This document shows, in pieces, positions 1-8,763 of a DNA stretch of 28,265 nucleotides. The notes beneath the pieces were generated by a model, which did not search any database, was not told where the DNA came from, and saw only the letters and a list, made by a program, of their open reading frames with translations. Numbering within the stretch: the first letter of the stretch is position 1; each line of letters begins with the position of its first letter. The position numbers and the translations under genes are program-made. Source of the stretch: Egibacteraceae bacterium. Lineage in GTDB: Bacteria > Actinomycetota > Nitriliruptoria > Euzebyales > Egibacteraceae. Where the stretch lies: NCBI GenBank assembly GCA_035553555.1, contig DATMKC010000288.1, positions 1-28,265 on the forward strand, given 5' to 3'.

Positions 1-48
1 GGCGCAGCCCGGGACGGGGCGGATCGCGGGGGCGGCTGCGGTGCTCAT
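1..48 (-). CDS. N-terminus of the next dcw gene, probably FtsL (runs off the window)
   Basis: ATG at 48-46 overlaps the rsmH TGA (ATGA coupling) and reads MSTAAAPRSAPSRAA. The identity is inferred only from the usual mraZ-rsmH-ftsL order. Confidence 0.5.
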   Translation of the reverse strand, partial: MSTAAAPAIRPVPGCA

Positions 49-1061
49 GCGTGCTCCGATTCGCGGACGAGCGGGAACGCGTCGTTGGCTCGGACCCGCT
101 CGGCGGCGCGGAGCTTGGCCGAGCGGGCCCGCGGGTTGGCGGCGACCTCGTCGCCGTCGGGCTGCTCGGCGCCGCGCGTCACCGGGCGGAGGAGGGGGAC
201 GCGGCCACAGCCGCACACCGGGAGATCCGGCGGGCAGATGCAGCCGGTGGCCGCGTCGGAGAAGAACCGCTTGGTGATGCGGTCCTCCAGGGAGTGGTAG
301 CTCAGGACGGCGATGCGGCCGCCCTGAGCCAGCAGGTCCGAGGCCTGGGGAAGGGAGGCCTCGAACCGCTCGAGCTCTCTGTTCACGGCGATGCGCAGCG
401 CCTGGAAGGTGCGCGTCGCCGGGTGCACGGCGGAGTTGCGCCGCACCGCCGCCGGCACCGCGCCGTAGACGACGTCGGCCAGCTGGGTGGTGGTGCGCAG
501 CGGCCGCGCGGCGACGATCGCCCGCGCGATGCGCAGGGCCTGGCGCTCCTCGCCGTAGCGGCGGATCAGGTCGACCAGCTCGTCGACGTCGAGCTCGTTC
601 ACCAGGTTCGCGGCGCTCACGTCCGACGTCGGGTCCATGCGCATGTCCAGCGGCGCCTCGGCGCGGAAGCTGAAGCCGCGCTGCGCCTGGTCGAGCTGCA
701 TGGAGGAGACGCCGAGGTCGTAGAGCACACCGACGGGGGGGACGTCTGCATGCTCTACGACTGGCGTGACGTGGTGGTTGATCTGGTCATACCCCGAATG
801 AACCAGGGTCACACGCCCGGCGTACGCGGCCAGGCGCCGTTCCGCCAGGGCCAGCGCATCCGGGTCCCGGTCGAAGCCGACCAGGTGCAGGTCCGCCCGG
901 GCGGCCAGCAGCGCCGCGGCGTGACCGGCGGCGCCGATGGTGGCGTCCACGATCAGCGCCGGGCCGGGGCGCAGGCCGTCCAGGAGCAGCTCGACGACGC
1001 GCGCGGCCATGACCGGCAGGTGCGGGGCACCGCCGGCGGGCACGTCGGGCGTCGGGTCCAT
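45..1061 (-). CDS. rsmH: 16S rRNA m4C1402 methyltransferase RsmH (MraW)
   Basis: Motifs HLPVM, VDATIGAAGHA, DLGVSSMQLD..RGFSF, HPATRTFQALRIAVN, SYHSLEDR and NPRARSAKLR. Start trimmed to MDPTP (ATG 1061, GGAG upstream), 338 aa. Confidence 0.97.
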   Translation of the reverse strand: MDPTPDVPAGGAPHLPVMAARVVELLLDGLRPGPALIVDATIGAAGHAAALLAARADLHLVGFDRDPDALALAERRLAAYAGRVTLVHSGYDQINHHVTPVVEHADVPPVGVLYDLGVSSMQLDQAQRGFSFRAEAPLDMRMDPTSDVSAANLVNELDVDELVDLIRRYGEERQALRIARAIVAARPLRTTTQLADVVYGAVPAAVRRNSAVHPATRTFQALRIAVNRELERFEASLPQASDLLAQGGRIAVLSYHSLEDRITKRFFSDAATGCICPPDLPVCGCGRVPLLRPVTRGAEQPDGDEVAANPRARSAKLRAAERVRANDAFPLVRESEHA

Positions 1062-1099
1062 GCGGCGACTCCAGGTCGACCGGCAGGCCGGGCGCTGCG

Positions 1100-1255
1100 C
1101 TAGGCGAACAGCCACAGGGCGCCCAGCACGCTGCCCAGCACCACGCCGGTGGAGGTCAGCACGAGCAGCATCAGCAGCGCCGAGGCCACGAGCTCGCGCC
1201 CGAGGTCGCCGTTGAGGTCCGCGGGGTGGTCCACGGTCGCGGTCAGCACATCCAT
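1100..1255 (-). CDS. Small (51 aa) single-pass membrane protein between mraZ and rsmH
   Basis: Not in the ORF track. ATG overlaps the mraZ stop (TGATG) and codons are GC3-rich. Sequence: MDVLTATVDHPADLNGDLGRELVASALLMLLVLTSTGVVLGSVLGALWLFA, with a hydrophobic C-terminal half. Confidence 0.7.
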   Translation of the reverse strand: MDVLTATVDHPADLNGDLGRELVASALLMLLVLTSTGVVLGSVLGALWLFA

Positions 1256-1689
1256 CAGAAGATCCCTCCAAGGTCGAACGGCTGCTCGGTATTGGCGAAG
1301 TCCGCCATGGCGGAGTCGCGGTAGGTCTCCCAGCGCCCGGCGTCCCAGAGCTCGACGCGCATGTCGGCGCCCACCACGGTCACGTCCTTGGCGAGGGCGG
1401 CGTACTCGCGCAGCCGGGCCGGGATGGTGACGCGGCCCTGCTTGTCGAGCTCCTCCGAGTGGGCGGAGGAGGTCATGACGCGGGCGAACATGCGCTCGCG
1501 GCGGTCCGTGGTCCGGAGATTGCGGAGGCTGGCGAGCACGCGCTGCCAGTCATCCACGGGGTGGATGGTCAGGCAGTTGTCGAGCCCCACCGTGATCACC
1601 AGGCCGTCCTTCAGTCGGTCCCGGAAGGCCGACGGCAGGATCACGCGCCCCTTGGGGTCCAGCGTGTGCTGGTACTCCCCGAGGAACAT
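1255..1689 (-). CDS. mraZ: Division/cell wall cluster transcriptional repressor MraZ
   Basis: MFLGEYQHTLDPKGRVILPS, second repeat LDKQGRVTIP and VELWD. A GGAGGAGG Shine-Dalgarno lies upstream of ATG 1689; 144 aa. Confidence 0.97.
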   Translation of the reverse strand: MFLGEYQHTLDPKGRVILPSAFRDRLKDGLVITVGLDNCLTIHPVDDWQRVLASLRNLRTTDRRERMFARVMTSSAHSEELDKQGRVTIPARLREYAALAKDVTVVGADMRVELWDAGRWETYRDSAMADFANTEQPFDLGGIF

Positions 1690-1749
1690 GCGGCCTCCTC
1701 CCACGTCCGTCCGGTGCTGTCACAGGGAGGCGGCATACTCCCCCGCCCT

Positions 1750-1790
1750 CCATAGCGCACCACTCTCCACCACTTTTCCCCACATGTCAA
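1750..1790 (-). promoter_or_regulatory. dcw promoter with tandem MraZ-binding boxes
   Basis: Minus strand reads TTGACA-T-GTGG-ggaaaa-GTGG-tggaga-GTGG-tgcgct-ATGG: four boxes at exact 10-bp period directly after a perfect -35 hexamer (1790-1785). The -10 is weak (GAGAGT at 17 bp). Confidence 0.8.
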
Positions 1791-1853
1791 CACCGTGGGA
1801 CCACTCTGCGCGACTTTTTCGTCACCGCGCGCGGCAAAGCCGCAGGTCAAGGC

Positions 1854-2050
1854 GGTGGTGCCAAGTGGGGCGCCCCGGCGCGTCCCGGGGGCCCGGGCGG
1901 CTTCCGCGGGCTGCGGGGGCAGGCCGGGGAGGCCGCTGGGACGGCGCGCGGGCGCCCTCGACGGCGCCGTAAAGGGGTTTTGGCGCCGTAGAGGGCGTCC
2001 GCGATCAGCCGGCCGGCGGCCTCACCGGGCCGAGGTGGTGCGAAGTGGGG
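1854..2050 (+). repeat. 17-bp direct repeat pair GGTGGTGC(C/G)AAGTGGGG
   Basis: Copies at 1854-1870 and 2034-2050 differ by one base and are exactly 180 bp apart. Each holds GTGG-N6-GTGG. Confidence 0.8.
1947..2003. repeat. Intergenic palindrome (REP-like hairpin)
   Basis: CGCGGGCGCCCTC/GAGGGCGTCCGCG (13 bp, one G-T pair), a 1x1 mismatch, then ACGGCGCC/GGCGCCGT (8 bp) around the loop GTAAAGGGGTTTT. Confidence 0.8.
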
Positions 2051-2058
2051 GGCGGTTC

Positions 2059-2118
2059 CCCGTTCAAACGGGTGCGGGCACAGCGGCATGTCGCGGTGCC
2101 CGCACCCGTTCGAATGGG
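2059..2118 (-). terminator. Long stem-loop just downstream of the HNH gene; probable terminator or RNA-stabilising hairpin
   Basis: 23-bp arms at 2059-2081 and 2096-2118 with two non-Watson-Crick positions, 16 nt after the HNH stop. No U-tract. Confidence 0.55.
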
Positions 2119-2134
2119 TGCGCGGGTGAGGGGG

Positions 2135-2812
2135 CTACAGGGCGGCCAGGGAGTCGCCCAGGTAGGGCTGCCAGTCGTCGTGGAAGCCGCCGACGGCGAC
2201 CACCAGCCAGAACGCGGCGCGCGGCGCGAACGGCGCGCGCCGCAGCACCATGCCGCACTCGGCCGGCATCAGGTCCTTCTTCTTGGAGTTGCAGCGGCGG
2301 CAGGCCGCCACGACGTTCTCCCACTCGTGCGGGCCGCCACGGCTGCGCGGCACCACGTGGTCGACGTTCTCGGCGGCCCGCCCGCAGTACTGGCACGTGA
2401 AGTTGTCGCGAATGAAGACGCCGCGTCGGCTGAGGGCCGCGCGGCGACGGTAGGGCACGTGGACGAAGCGCCGGAGGCGTACCACGGAGGGCGCGGCGTA
2501 CTCCAGCCGCTCGGAGCGGTAGCGGTGGCCGTTGGTCTGGACGACGTCGGCCTTGTCGTTCAGCACCAGCACCAAGGCGCGGCGCGCCGGCACGACGCAG
2601 AGCGGCTCCATGGTGGCGTTGAGCACCAGCGCCTTGTGGTGGGGGCTCGGGCGGCGCTGCCGCTCCGCGCGGTGCGCGTGTCCCGAGGCGAGGCCGCCCA
2701 GGCCGCCCGCCGCGACAGCGGGCGGTTCACGATGCGGATGCCCGGCCGACCAGTCGGCCATGACGGCCGCCGAGTCGTCGCGCATCCGCAGGACTGGCGG
2801 GCCTGCGTCCAC
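2135..2812 (-). CDS. HNH endonuclease (McrA-like, LVLNAxxEPL N-terminal type)
   Basis: ALVLNATMEPL, RDNFTCQYCG, VDHVVPRSRGG and ENVVAACRRCNSKK (two CxxC pairs plus HNH). Start set at GTG 2812 with AGGAGG 5 nt upstream; a TACAGT -10-like hexamer lies at 2863-2858. Confidence 0.9.
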   Translation of the reverse strand: MDAGPPVLRMRDDSAAVMADWSAGHPHREPPAVAAGGLGGLASGHAHRAERQRRPSPHHKALVLNATMEPLCVVPARRALVLVLNDKADVVQTNGHRYRSERLEYAAPSVVRLRRFVHVPYRRRAALSRRGVFIRDNFTCQYCGRAAENVDHVVPRSRGGPHEWENVVAACRRCNSKKKDLMPAECGMVLRRAPFAPRAAFWLVVAVGGFHDDWQPYLGDSLAAL

Positions 2813-3063
2813 ACGTGCCTCCTGCCGCCCGGAACCCCCTGCCGGCGCGGCCGAGCCACTGTACCCGCTTTGACGCACGCGCTCCGTCCCGGCCCGTGGC
2901 CAGCTGCGGGACGAGTTGTGTCCGAAGTCGGACTTAAGTGGTCCCGCAGGGGGGAACCTGTCGGGCCCGCATGGCGTCGTTAGACTGGCCGCACCATTCG
3001 CACCGCCGAGGCAAGGGACATCGCCGCGTGGCAGCACGCCGAACCGTGGGCCGCCGGGCCGCT

Positions 3064-4011
3064 GTGGACGCCACGCAGCTCGCCGAGCTCTTCGCCCAGA
3101 TCGAGGGCAACGTCACCACCGTGGTCGAAGGCAAGCCGGAGGTCGTCCGGCTGGCCCTGGTCGCCCTGATCGCGGAGGGCCACGTTCTGGTGGAGGACGT
3201 GCCCGGCGTCGGCAAGACGCTGCTGGCCAAGGCGATCGCGCGCTCCATCGCCTGCAGCGTGCGGCGCGTGCAGTTCACCCCCGACCTGCTGCCCAGCGAC
3301 ATCACCGGCGTGACGATCTACAACTCCGAGCAGGGGGACTGGGAGTTCAAGCCGGGTGCCCTGTTCGCCAACATCGTGCTGGGCGACGAGATCAACCGCG
3401 CCGGACCGAAGACGCAGTCGGCCCTGCTGGAGGCGATGGAGGAGCACACCGTCACCGTCGACGGCACCACCCACGAGCTGGGCGTGCCGTTCATGGTGAT
3501 CGCCACGCAGAACCCCATCGAGCTGGAGGGCACCTATCCCCTGCCGGAGGCCCAGCGCGACCGCTTCCTGATGCGCCTGGAGATCGGCTACCCGTCGCTG
3601 GACGCGGAGCTGGAGATCCTGGACGTGCACGGCAAGAGCGACCGCCTGGAGGGCATGACCCCGGTGGCGGACACCCGCCAGGTCGCGGCGATGATCGCCG
3701 CCTGCCGCGAGGTCCACGCCGCCGACCCGCTCAAGCGCTACATCGTGGAACTGGTGCGCTCCTCCCGCCGGCACCCCGCCGTGGAGCTGGGCGCCTCGCC
3801 GCGCGCGTCCCTGGCGCTGCTGCGCGCCGCCCGCGCCCTGGCGGCCGCGAGCGGGCGCGACTACGTGGTGCCCGACGACGTGAAGTCGCTGGCGCGTCCC
3901 GTGCTGGCCCACCGGCTGATCCTGGCCCCGGACGCGCGGCTGTCGCGCGGCGGCGCCGAGGAGGTCGTCGACGAGCTGCTCGACTCCATCCCCATCCCGG
4001 TGCAGCGTTGA
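3064..4011 (+). CDS. MoxR family AAA+ ATPase
   Basis: EDVPGVGKT (Walker A), RVQFTPDLLPSD, DEINRA (Walker B) and ATQNPIELEGTYPLPEAQRDRF. The GTG 3064 start is chosen by homology and is not certain. Confidence 0.93.
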   Translation: MDATQLAELFAQIEGNVTTVVEGKPEVVRLALVALIAEGHVLVEDVPGVGKTLLAKAIARSIACSVRRVQFTPDLLPSDITGVTIYNSEQGDWEFKPGALFANIVLGDEINRAGPKTQSALLEAMEEHTVTVDGTTHELGVPFMVIATQNPIELEGTYPLPEAQRDRFLMRLEIGYPSLDAELEILDVHGKSDRLEGMTPVADTRQVAAMIAACREVHAADPLKRYIVELVRSSRRHPAVELGASPRASLALLRAARALAAASGRDYVVPDDVKSLARPVLAHRLILAPDARLSRGGAEEVVDELLDSIPIPVQR

Positions 4012-4024
4012 GGGCGCGCGGCTG

Positions 4025-5281
4025 ATGGTCACGGAGCGCGGGGCGGGCCTGCTCATCGGCGCCGCCTTCACGTGGCTGCTCGGCCGCTTCCTCGGCGTGC
4101 CGGAGCTGTACGTGGTCGCCGGGGCGGGCTGCGCGCTGGCCGGCCTGTCGGTCGCCTCCGTGTGGCTGGGCTCGGCGCGGCTGGACGCCGGCCGCACCGT
4201 GTCGCCGGCGCGCATCGCCTGGGGCGGGCGCACCGTCGTGCGCGTCGCGCTGCGCAACACCGGGCGGCTGCCGTCCGGGCTGCTGCTGGTGAGCGACGAG
4301 ATCCCCTACGCGCTGGCCGACGCGCCGCGCTTCTCCGTGCCCGGCCTGGCGCGGCGCGCGCAGGTGGACCTGGGCTACGAGCTGCACGGCGCCGGCCGCG
4401 GCCGCTACGACGTGGGGCCGGCGCGGGTGCGGCTGCGCGACCCGTTCGGCCTGGCCGAGCGCGTGCGCCGCGTGGGGGCGACCGCCGAGCTGGTGGTGTA
4501 CCCGCGCGTGGAGCGCCTGGGCGGCGGCGTGCCCGCCGCCGGCCGGCAGGGCGACGGCGGCGCCCACCGCCGCACGCTGCTGCACGCCGGCGACGACTTC
4601 TCCACGATCCGCGAGTGGGCCCCCGGCGACGACGTGCGCCTGGTGCACTGGCCGTCCAGCGCCCACCGCGACCGCCTGATGGTGCGCCAGTTCGAGCAGC
4701 CCTACGAGCCGCTGGCCACGCTGGTGTGCGACACCCGCGCCCTGGTGCACCGCGGCGCGGGCCCGGCGTCGACCCTGGAGACGGCCGTGACGGCGGTGGC
4801 CAGCGTGGCCGGCCACCTCGCCGCGCACGGCCACCGCCTGCGCCTGGCGCTGCCGGAGGACCGCGAGACGCCGCCCATCCAGCCGCTGGAGCGGCTGATG
4901 GACCGCCTGGCGATGGTGGAGGCGTCGCGCGAGACGTCGCTGGCGCCCGCGCTCGGCGGCCTGGCGGGACGCGCGTCCGGCGGGCTGCTGGTCGCCGCGC
5001 TGGCGCCACCCGCCGACGGCGGCGAGCGCCTGGGCGCGCACCCCGACATCCGCGCGCTGCTGGCGGCCGGGCGGCCCTACAGCGTGCGCATCGCGCTGGT
5101 CGTGGACACCGGCGCCCTGGCCGGCCCGCGGGGAGGCCAGGAGCGGCCCGCCGCGCTCCTGGCCGCCGCGCTGCACGGAGCCGGCTGGCGCACCGCGCTG
5201 CTGCGCCCCGGCGCGCCCATGTCCGACGCCTGGAACCGCGTCGCCGGTCCCACGGCGATGGTGCTGGGGGGCGCGCGATGA
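4025..5281 (+). CDS. DUF58 domain protein (MoxR-associated)
   Basis: N-terminal TM segment, RGRYDVGP..RLRDPFGL, IREWAPGDDVRLVHWPSSA and LMVRQFE. Lies directly after moxR. Confidence 0.9.
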   Translation: MVTERGAGLLIGAAFTWLLGRFLGVPELYVVAGAGCALAGLSVASVWLGSARLDAGRTVSPARIAWGGRTVVRVALRNTGRLPSGLLLVSDEIPYALADAPRFSVPGLARRAQVDLGYELHGAGRGRYDVGPARVRLRDPFGLAERVRRVGATAELVVYPRVERLGGGVPAAGRQGDGGAHRRTLLHAGDDFSTIREWAPGDDVRLVHWPSSAHRDRLMVRQFEQPYEPLATLVCDTRALVHRGAGPASTLETAVTAVASVAGHLAAHGHRLRLALPEDRETPPIQPLERLMDRLAMVEASRETSLAPALGGLAGRASGGLLVAALAPPADGGERLGAHPDIRALLAAGRPYSVRIALVVDTGALAGPRGGQERPAALLAAALHGAGWRTALLRPGAPMSDAWNRVAGPTAMVLGGAR

Positions 5282-7647
5282 CCGCCGTCGCGCCACAGCG
5301 GCCGCCGGTCCACGCCGGCGCCACGCCGGCGCCCGCCGGTCCTGTCACGGACCCGGCCGCGCGCGGACCCGCCACGCCCCGGCCGCCGCTGCCCGGCGTG
5401 GCCGCCGCCGTGGCGTGCGTGGCCCTGCTGCTGGCGACCGTCCTGCCGCTGGACCGCGTGTACGCGGACCGCTCCTGGGTCGCGCCGACCGTGTCCGCGG
5501 CGCTGCTGGCGTTCGGGGTGGGCTGGCTGGCGCGGCGCCTGCGCCTGGGGCCCGTGCTGTCGGTGTCCTGCAACGTCGCGGCCTGGGCGCTGTTCAGCGG
5601 CCTGGCGTTCCTGCCCGACACCCTGCTCGCCGGCCTGGTGCCCACCCCGTCCACCGTGGCGGCGGGCGTGGCCGCGTGGGCGCACGGCATCGAGCTGCTG
5701 CAGCTGCGCCCGGCCCCCGCGGTGCCGGAGACGGGACTGGTGCTCATCACCGCCACGGGCATCTGGGCGGTCGCCCACGCGGTGCACGAGCTGGTGTTCC
5801 GCGCCCACGCGCCGATGCGCGCCGTGCTGATGGCGATGGTGATGTGGATCGTGCCGCTGGGCCTGTCGCCCGCGCGCGGCGAGGCCTGGTTGTGGGCGGT
5901 GCCGTTCCTGGGCGCGGCGGCGCTGCTGCTGCTGGCGGCCGGCGCCGGGGAGGCGGCGCGCTGGGGTCGCTGGTCGCCGCCGGCGCAGGGCCGCAGGCGG
6001 CTGGGGCTGCCCGTCGGCGCGCGCAACCCGCTGGGCTGGCTGCTGGCCGCGGCGGCGATCGCCGCCGGCGTCATGGGCGCGCCGCTGCTGCCCGGCTGGA
6101 CCGACCCGGCGCTGTACGAGCTGCGCGACCTCGGCGGCAGCACCACGACCACCAACCCCATCGTCAGCATCCGCGCCAGCCTGCTGTCCCCCGACCCGCG
6201 GCCGGTCCTGCAGGTGCGCACGCCGCGGCCGGTGTACCTGCGCACCACGTCGTTGGACCGCTACAGCGACCACGAGGAGTGGACCAACGACGGCATCCGC
6301 GGCACGCCGTTCCGCGCCGGCTCCGTGGTCCCGTTCGAGGTGCCGATCCGCACGGCGCTGGACGTGCCCGTGGAGGTCTCGGTCGCCGCGCTGGACGCGG
6401 CCGTGCTGGTGCCGATGCCGTACCAGCCGCGCGTGGTCGACGGCACCATCGGCGACGTGCTGCAGTACGACCAGCGCCTGTCGACGTTCACGCTCAACAA
6501 GGGCGTCCGCCTCAGCCAGGGCGACGTCTACGCGGTGAGCGCCGCGGTGCCCGCCCCGCTGGCCGAGCAGCTCGACCGGGTGCCGGCCGGCTGGTACGCC
6601 GGCGAGCTCACGCGGCTCCCGCCGTCCGTGCCGGCGGAGGTCGCCCAGCTTGCGCGCGACATCACCGGCCGGGCCGGCGCGGTCACGCCGTTCCAGCAGG
6701 CCATGGCGATCCAGGAGGAGCTGCGCGCCTGGACCTACTCCCTGGACCCGCCCAGCGGCCACAGCGGCGAGGCGATGCGCACGTTCCTGCGCACGCGCAC
6801 CGGCTACTGCGAGCAGTTCGCCGGGACCATGGCCGTGATGCTGCGCACGCTGGGCATCCCGGCACGGGTGGGCGTCGGCTTCACGCCGGGCGAGCTGGCC
6901 GACGCCGCCGCCGGCGAGTACCTGATCCGCTCGTCCAACGCGCACGCCTGGGTGGAGGTGCTGTTCCCGGACGAGGGCTGGATCGCGTTCGAGCCGACGC
7001 CGCGCACCGACGGCAACGTGCTGGTACCCAGCCCCGCCAACCTCGCCCCGTCCGCGACGCAGGCGCAGCAGGCCGGCGACATCCCTGACGCCCCGGAGGC
7101 CGACGACCTGCCGCGGCAGGGTCCCGAGCGCCTGCCGACGTCCGCCCCCAGCCCGGCCGCCACCAGCCCGTCCGCGCCCGGCGCGGGCGGCGGCGACGGC
7201 GGCGGCACGACCCTGCTGGCCGCCGCCCTGCTGCTGCTGGCCTTCGCCGGCGTGGGCGGCACCGTGCTGCGGCGCACGCGCGTGGACGTGGACGCCCTGG
7301 GCCCGGCGGCGCAGGTGCTGCACGCCGTGGCCAAGGTGGAGCGCGTCTCGGCGGCGATGGGGCGCCCGCGCAAGGACACCGAGACCGACCGGGAGTTCCT
7401 GGGCCGCATCACCCGGTCCGCCAGCGGCCCCGCGCTGGCCGCCCAGGCCGAGCGCGCCCGCTACGCCACCGAGCTGCCGCTGGAGTCCATCACCCTCGCC
7501 AGGACCGTGGCGGCGGACCTGGTGCAGCGCCTGCTGTACCCGCTGGACCGCCGCAGCCGCGCCACGGTGCTGGCGCAGGTGCGCCTGGCGGAGCTGCGCG
7601 AGCGGGCGGCGCGCGCCCTGCCGGGCCGGTTCCGGCGGCGAAAGTGA
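5278..7647 (+). CDS. Membrane-anchored transglutaminase-like protein (DUF3488/TgpA type)
   Basis: ATG overlaps the DUF58 stop. Multi-TM N-terminus, catalytic-type motifs GYCEQFA, AHAWVEV and FEPTP, then a Pro-rich linker and one more TM; 789 aa. Confidence 0.9.
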   Translation: MTAVAPQRPPVHAGATPAPAGPVTDPAARGPATPRPPLPGVAAAVACVALLLATVLPLDRVYADRSWVAPTVSAALLAFGVGWLARRLRLGPVLSVSCNVAAWALFSGLAFLPDTLLAGLVPTPSTVAAGVAAWAHGIELLQLRPAPAVPETGLVLITATGIWAVAHAVHELVFRAHAPMRAVLMAMVMWIVPLGLSPARGEAWLWAVPFLGAAALLLLAAGAGEAARWGRWSPPAQGRRRLGLPVGARNPLGWLLAAAAIAAGVMGAPLLPGWTDPALYELRDLGGSTTTTNPIVSIRASLLSPDPRPVLQVRTPRPVYLRTTSLDRYSDHEEWTNDGIRGTPFRAGSVVPFEVPIRTALDVPVEVSVAALDAAVLVPMPYQPRVVDGTIGDVLQYDQRLSTFTLNKGVRLSQGDVYAVSAAVPAPLAEQLDRVPAGWYAGELTRLPPSVPAEVAQLARDITGRAGAVTPFQQAMAIQEELRAWTYSLDPPSGHSGEAMRTFLRTRTGYCEQFAGTMAVMLRTLGIPARVGVGFTPGELADAAAGEYLIRSSNAHAWVEVLFPDEGWIAFEPTPRTDGNVLVPSPANLAPSATQAQQAGDIPDAPEADDLPRQGPERLPTSAPSPAATSPSAPGAGGGDGGGTTLLAAALLLLAFAGVGGTVLRRTRVDVDALGPAAQVLHAVAKVERVSAAMGRPRKDTETDREFLGRITRSASGPALAAQAERARYATELPLESITLARTVAADLVQRLLYPLDRRSRATVLAQVRLAELRERAARALPGRFRRRK

Positions 7648-7672
7648 ACGGACGGGTGTGCCGAGACCTTTC

Positions 7673-7702
7673 TTGACGCACACTGGAAGGGCTACGGATA
7701 CT
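7673..7702 (+). promoter_or_regulatory. Possible housekeeping-sigma promoter for the DUF3040 gene
   Basis: TTGACG-N18-GATACT in the short, less GC-rich gap before ATG 7730. Confidence 0.35.
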
Positions 7703-7729
7703 CGGCCCGTCGATGAAGCGGAGTAGCTG

Positions 7730-8071
7730 ATGCCCCTGTCCGACCGCGAGCAGCAGATCCTCGCCGACATCGAGGCGCGCCTGCGCGCCGAGGATCCGAA
7801 GTTCGCGCGCGCGGTGCAGACCACCACCGTCTCGGCGCACCTGCGCCGGCGCATCAAGCTGTCCGCCGCCGCGTTCGTGGTCGGCTTCCTGTCCCTGCTG
7901 CTGCTGGTCCTGCACATCGGCTTCGGCATGGCCGGGTTCGCGCTGATGCTCGCGGGGGCCGTGAGCGGCATCAACGCGCTGAAGCGCCTGGGGCAGGCCG
8001 AGGGTCCCCTGGGCGACCAGATCCGCGGCGGGTTCGAGCGCTACCGCTCCGACCGCGACCGCGAGGAGTAG
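7730..8071 (+). CDS. DUF3040 family small membrane protein
   Basis: MPLSDREQQILADIEARLRAEDPKFA is the typical N-terminus, followed by two TM helices. The family is commonly found near the actinobacterial dcw cluster. Confidence 0.85.
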   Translation: MPLSDREQQILADIEARLRAEDPKFARAVQTTTVSAHLRRRIKLSAAAFVVGFLSLLLLVLHIGFGMAGFALMLAGAVSGINALKRLGQAEGPLGDQIRGGFERYRSDRDREE

Positions 8072-8104
8072 CGGGCGCGGCCGGCGGGCGCGCTCGGCGC
8101 CTGC

Positions 8105-8755
8105 TTACCGGCGGCGTCGTTGCGGGTCGCGCCACTGGAACCACTGCAGCGGGCCGCCCTCGAAGGCCGGCTCGGCGTGCTGCACGGCGAAACCCAGGCG
8201 CGTGTACCAGTCCTTGGCGGTGGGGCGGGTGGTCTCCAGGAAGCACGGCTCGCCGCCGTCGTCGGCGCGCCGCAGGCCGGGTGCGATGAGGCGCGCGCCC
8301 ACCCCGCGGCCCTGGTCGGCCGGGTCGACGGCGATCGCCGCGAGGTACCAGTGCTCGGGATGGTCCGGATGGGGACGCTCCACGCGCGCCAGCGCCTGCG
8401 CGACCAGGCGCGCCCGCCGCGGGTAGCGGCGCAGGGCCGTCGCGGCGGCCGGCAGGAACGCCACGGTGCGCCCCGCAGGCATCGGGTAGGCGCCGGGCCG
8501 CAGCCACGCGCAGTAGCCGGCCAGGCGGTCGCCGTCCAGGGCCACCTCCACCACGCCGTGGGCGAGGCAGTCGGCCACGGTGGCGGCGTAGAAGCGGCGC
8601 GCGATCCCGGCGCGCCGAGGGTCGCCGGCCTCGCCCGGGAACAGCTCGCGCATGAACGGGTAGTCGTCGAAGGCGCGGGCGGACAGCCCCGCCACCTGCG
8701 CCATGACCGGTTTCGCCGAGGCGCGGTCCAGCCGCGTGACGGCGAGCTCGCCCAT
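8105..8755 (-). CDS. GNAT family N-acetyltransferase
   Basis: HWYLAAIAVDPADQGRGVGARL (acetyl-CoA-binding motif A), CFLETT and WYTRLGF. Confidence 0.88.
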   Translation of the reverse strand: MGELAVTRLDRASAKPVMAQVAGLSARAFDDYPFMRELFPGEAGDPRRAGIARRFYAATVADCLAHGVVEVALDGDRLAGYCAWLRPGAYPMPAGRTVAFLPAAATALRRYPRRARLVAQALARVERPHPDHPEHWYLAAIAVDPADQGRGVGARLIAPGLRRADDGGEPCFLETTRPTAKDWYTRLGFAVQHAEPAFEGGPLQWFQWRDPQRRRR

Positions 8756-8763
8756 CGGTGCCG

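Noticed and set aside
1274-1289. TCGAACGGCTGCTCGG, a LexA-like sequence
   Set aside because: It has a mismatch in the core half-site, lies inside the 3' end of mraZ and has no associated promoter evidence.
2059-2118. tRNA or CRISPR repeat suggested by GTTCAAAC/GTTCGAAT
   Set aside because: These are the two arms of one hairpin; there is no cloverleaf and no repeat-spacer array anywhere in the window.
3731-7974. Long antisense ORFs (3731-5296, 4068-6248, 5077-7974) and the 4072 extension
   Set aside because: Arg/Ala/Pro-rich shadow frames of GC-rich coding DNA; the opposite strand carries recognisable motifs and coupled starts.
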